From IMG/VR virus record IMGVR_UViG_3300042922_000982, positions 1-64,000 of that record: a DNA stretch of 64,000 bases, one strand, 5' to 3'. The notes beneath the pieces are model-generated. The model was not told the origin of the DNA. It saw only the letters and a program-made list of their open reading frames with translations, and made no database searches. Positions within the stretch are counted from its first letter, which is position 1. Every line of letters begins with the position of its first letter. This document shows, one piece after another, positions 62,996 through 64,000 of this stretch. This DNA is from a virus. A program made the translations under genes and the position numbers.

Positions 62996-63330
62996 CAGGC
63001 CCCGCGTGCTGCGGGCCCATGCGCCGGGTCGGCATCGGCTGGAAGTGTCCGGGGTGCCGCGCCTACGTCCCGTCCCGATGGCAGCTCAAGGACATCGCCC
63101 TGGTGGCGGTGCTGCGGCTCGCCTCGGTGCGCGACATGGACGGCCCGGACACCTACACGGGCCTGGTGGCGCTCTACCCCGAGGCGCCGCCCAAGGTGCT
63201 CTGGCGCAAGATGGAGCAAGCCGACGACAAGCGGCTCACCGAGGGCAGCCTGCGCTGGGCCCGGCTCACCCCGGCGGGGACGGCCATGCTCGAACGCCTG
63301 GAGGCCGAGGAACTGGCCGGTGGGCGCTAG
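62992..63330 (+). CDS. Zinc ribbon plus winged-helix-like protein
   Basis: CCG.M...WKCPGC; P.KV...KM......L.EG....RLTPAG. Confidence 0.55.
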   Translation: MTGPACCGPMRRVGIGWKCPGCRAYVPSRWQLKDIALVAVLRLASVRDMDGPDTYTGLVALYPEAPPKVLWRKMEQADDKRLTEGSLRWARLTPAGTAMLERLEAEELAGGR

Positions 63331-63529
63331 GGGGCTTCCGGGGCGCGGCAAGTGCCCCTGCTGCCGCCAGTGGTGCCTGCCGTACCACCGCAACGATCAC
63401 GACTGCATCGGAGCGATCGCCGAGAACCTGGGCCTGGCCTGGGACGACGCGCTCGCCGTCTACCACGAGGTCCGCGAGGATCAAGTCAACGAGCGCCGCG
63501 CCAAGCGGCAGAGAAAGGCGACGCCATGA
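63320..63529 (+). CDS. Small Cys/His protein
   Basis: Packed ORF; CPCC...HDC. Confidence 0.55.
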   Translation: MGARGLPGRGKCPCCRQWCLPYHRNDHDCIGAIAENLGLAWDDALAVYHEVREDQVNERRAKRQRKATP

Positions 63530-63798
63530 GACACCAAGCACCAACGACAAGAAAGCCCGCGCGGGCCTCCGGGCACGCGCTCAAAATGGAGTGGTCGGGC
63601 GAGCGCGGCGCCGAGTCGTCGAGTACCGGCTTCTGCAAGTGCGGCTGGAGCGAGTCGGCGGGCGGCCAGCGCGAGGTGCGCAACGAGTACCGGCACCACC
63701 TGGCTCAGGTGCAGAGGCGGCGCGACGAGGGCAAGCCGGATCCCGCCTTCGAGGTGACCATGGACTCGCCGTGGCACCCCGATAACGGAGGCGCGTAA
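63526..63798 (+). CDS. Small zinc-binding protein
   Basis: ATGA overlap; GH.L...CKCGW...HHL. Confidence 0.6.
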   Translation: MRHQAPTTRKPARASGHALKMEWSGERGAESSSTGFCKCGWSESAGGQREVRNEYRHHLAQVQRRRDEGKPDPAFEVTMDSPWHPDNGGA

Positions 63799-64000
63799 TG
63801 CCGTACATTCGCATCGATAGCCACCGCTCGCGCGGGTACGTGCTGGGGGCCTGCCAGGACCCCACATCCGCCCATTGGTCGATGGAGCGGCACGCCACCG
63901 GCGGCTTCTACCTGGTGAGCGACGCCGACCTGGACCGGCTGGCCCGCAGCCGCAAAATTGACAAGCGCATCCGTTTCACGCAGGTCGTCAAGGTGGACGA
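63798..64000 (+). CDS. Hypothetical protein, truncated by the window end
   Basis: GGAGG RBS, TAATG coupling; MPYIRIDSHRSRGY... open to the end. Confidence 0.55.
   Translation, partial: MPYIRIDSHRSRGYVLGACQDPTSAHWSMERHATGGFYLVSDADLDRLARSRKIDKRIRFTQVVKVD

Noticed and set aside
32210-63898. Long minus-strand ORFs over the right arm (e.g. 38430-39854, 55819-57318)
   Set aside because: Same shadow effect; all RBS and promoter signals are on the plus strand.
1-64000. Stop-codon reassignment, tRNA or rRNA genes
   Set aside because: Conserved genes are intact in the standard code and use TAG, TAA and TGA as real stops; no cloverleaf or rRNA signature was recognised by eye (tRNAscan not run).

Overview
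The window is 64 kb of a large, very GC-rich (about 70% by eye) tailed-phage genome with two divergent arms. Left arm (42-31940, minus strand): a contractile-tail virion module in SPO1/Twort (Herelleviridae)-like order. It runs prohead protease, acidic scaffold, major capsid, neck proteins, sheath, tube, tail chaperone with a probable +1 frameshift, tape measure with a C-terminal M23 peptidase, hub, spike, baseplate, several fibre/adhesin genes and a DUF4815-type protein. Portal, terminase, lysis, integrase and polymerase genes are not seen. Right arm (32141-64000, plus strand): about 65 short, mostly unknown genes; I recognise only DUF932, a DnaN sliding clamp, SpoVS, a DUF6011-type finger, a small wHTH and a secreted OB-fold. 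The main candidate system is the repeated non-coding organisation of this arm: 10 copies of a GGAAC-N16-GGATA(G/A) element with mosaic structured leaders, 14 exact copies of AGGAGAACCGCCATG, and C-tract plus GC-hairpin spacers, consistent with recombining expression cassettes. A second promoter class (TGGCAAA-N27/28-TAnnnT) precedes three virion operons and spoVS. All product calls come from motif recognition and synteny; no searches were run.
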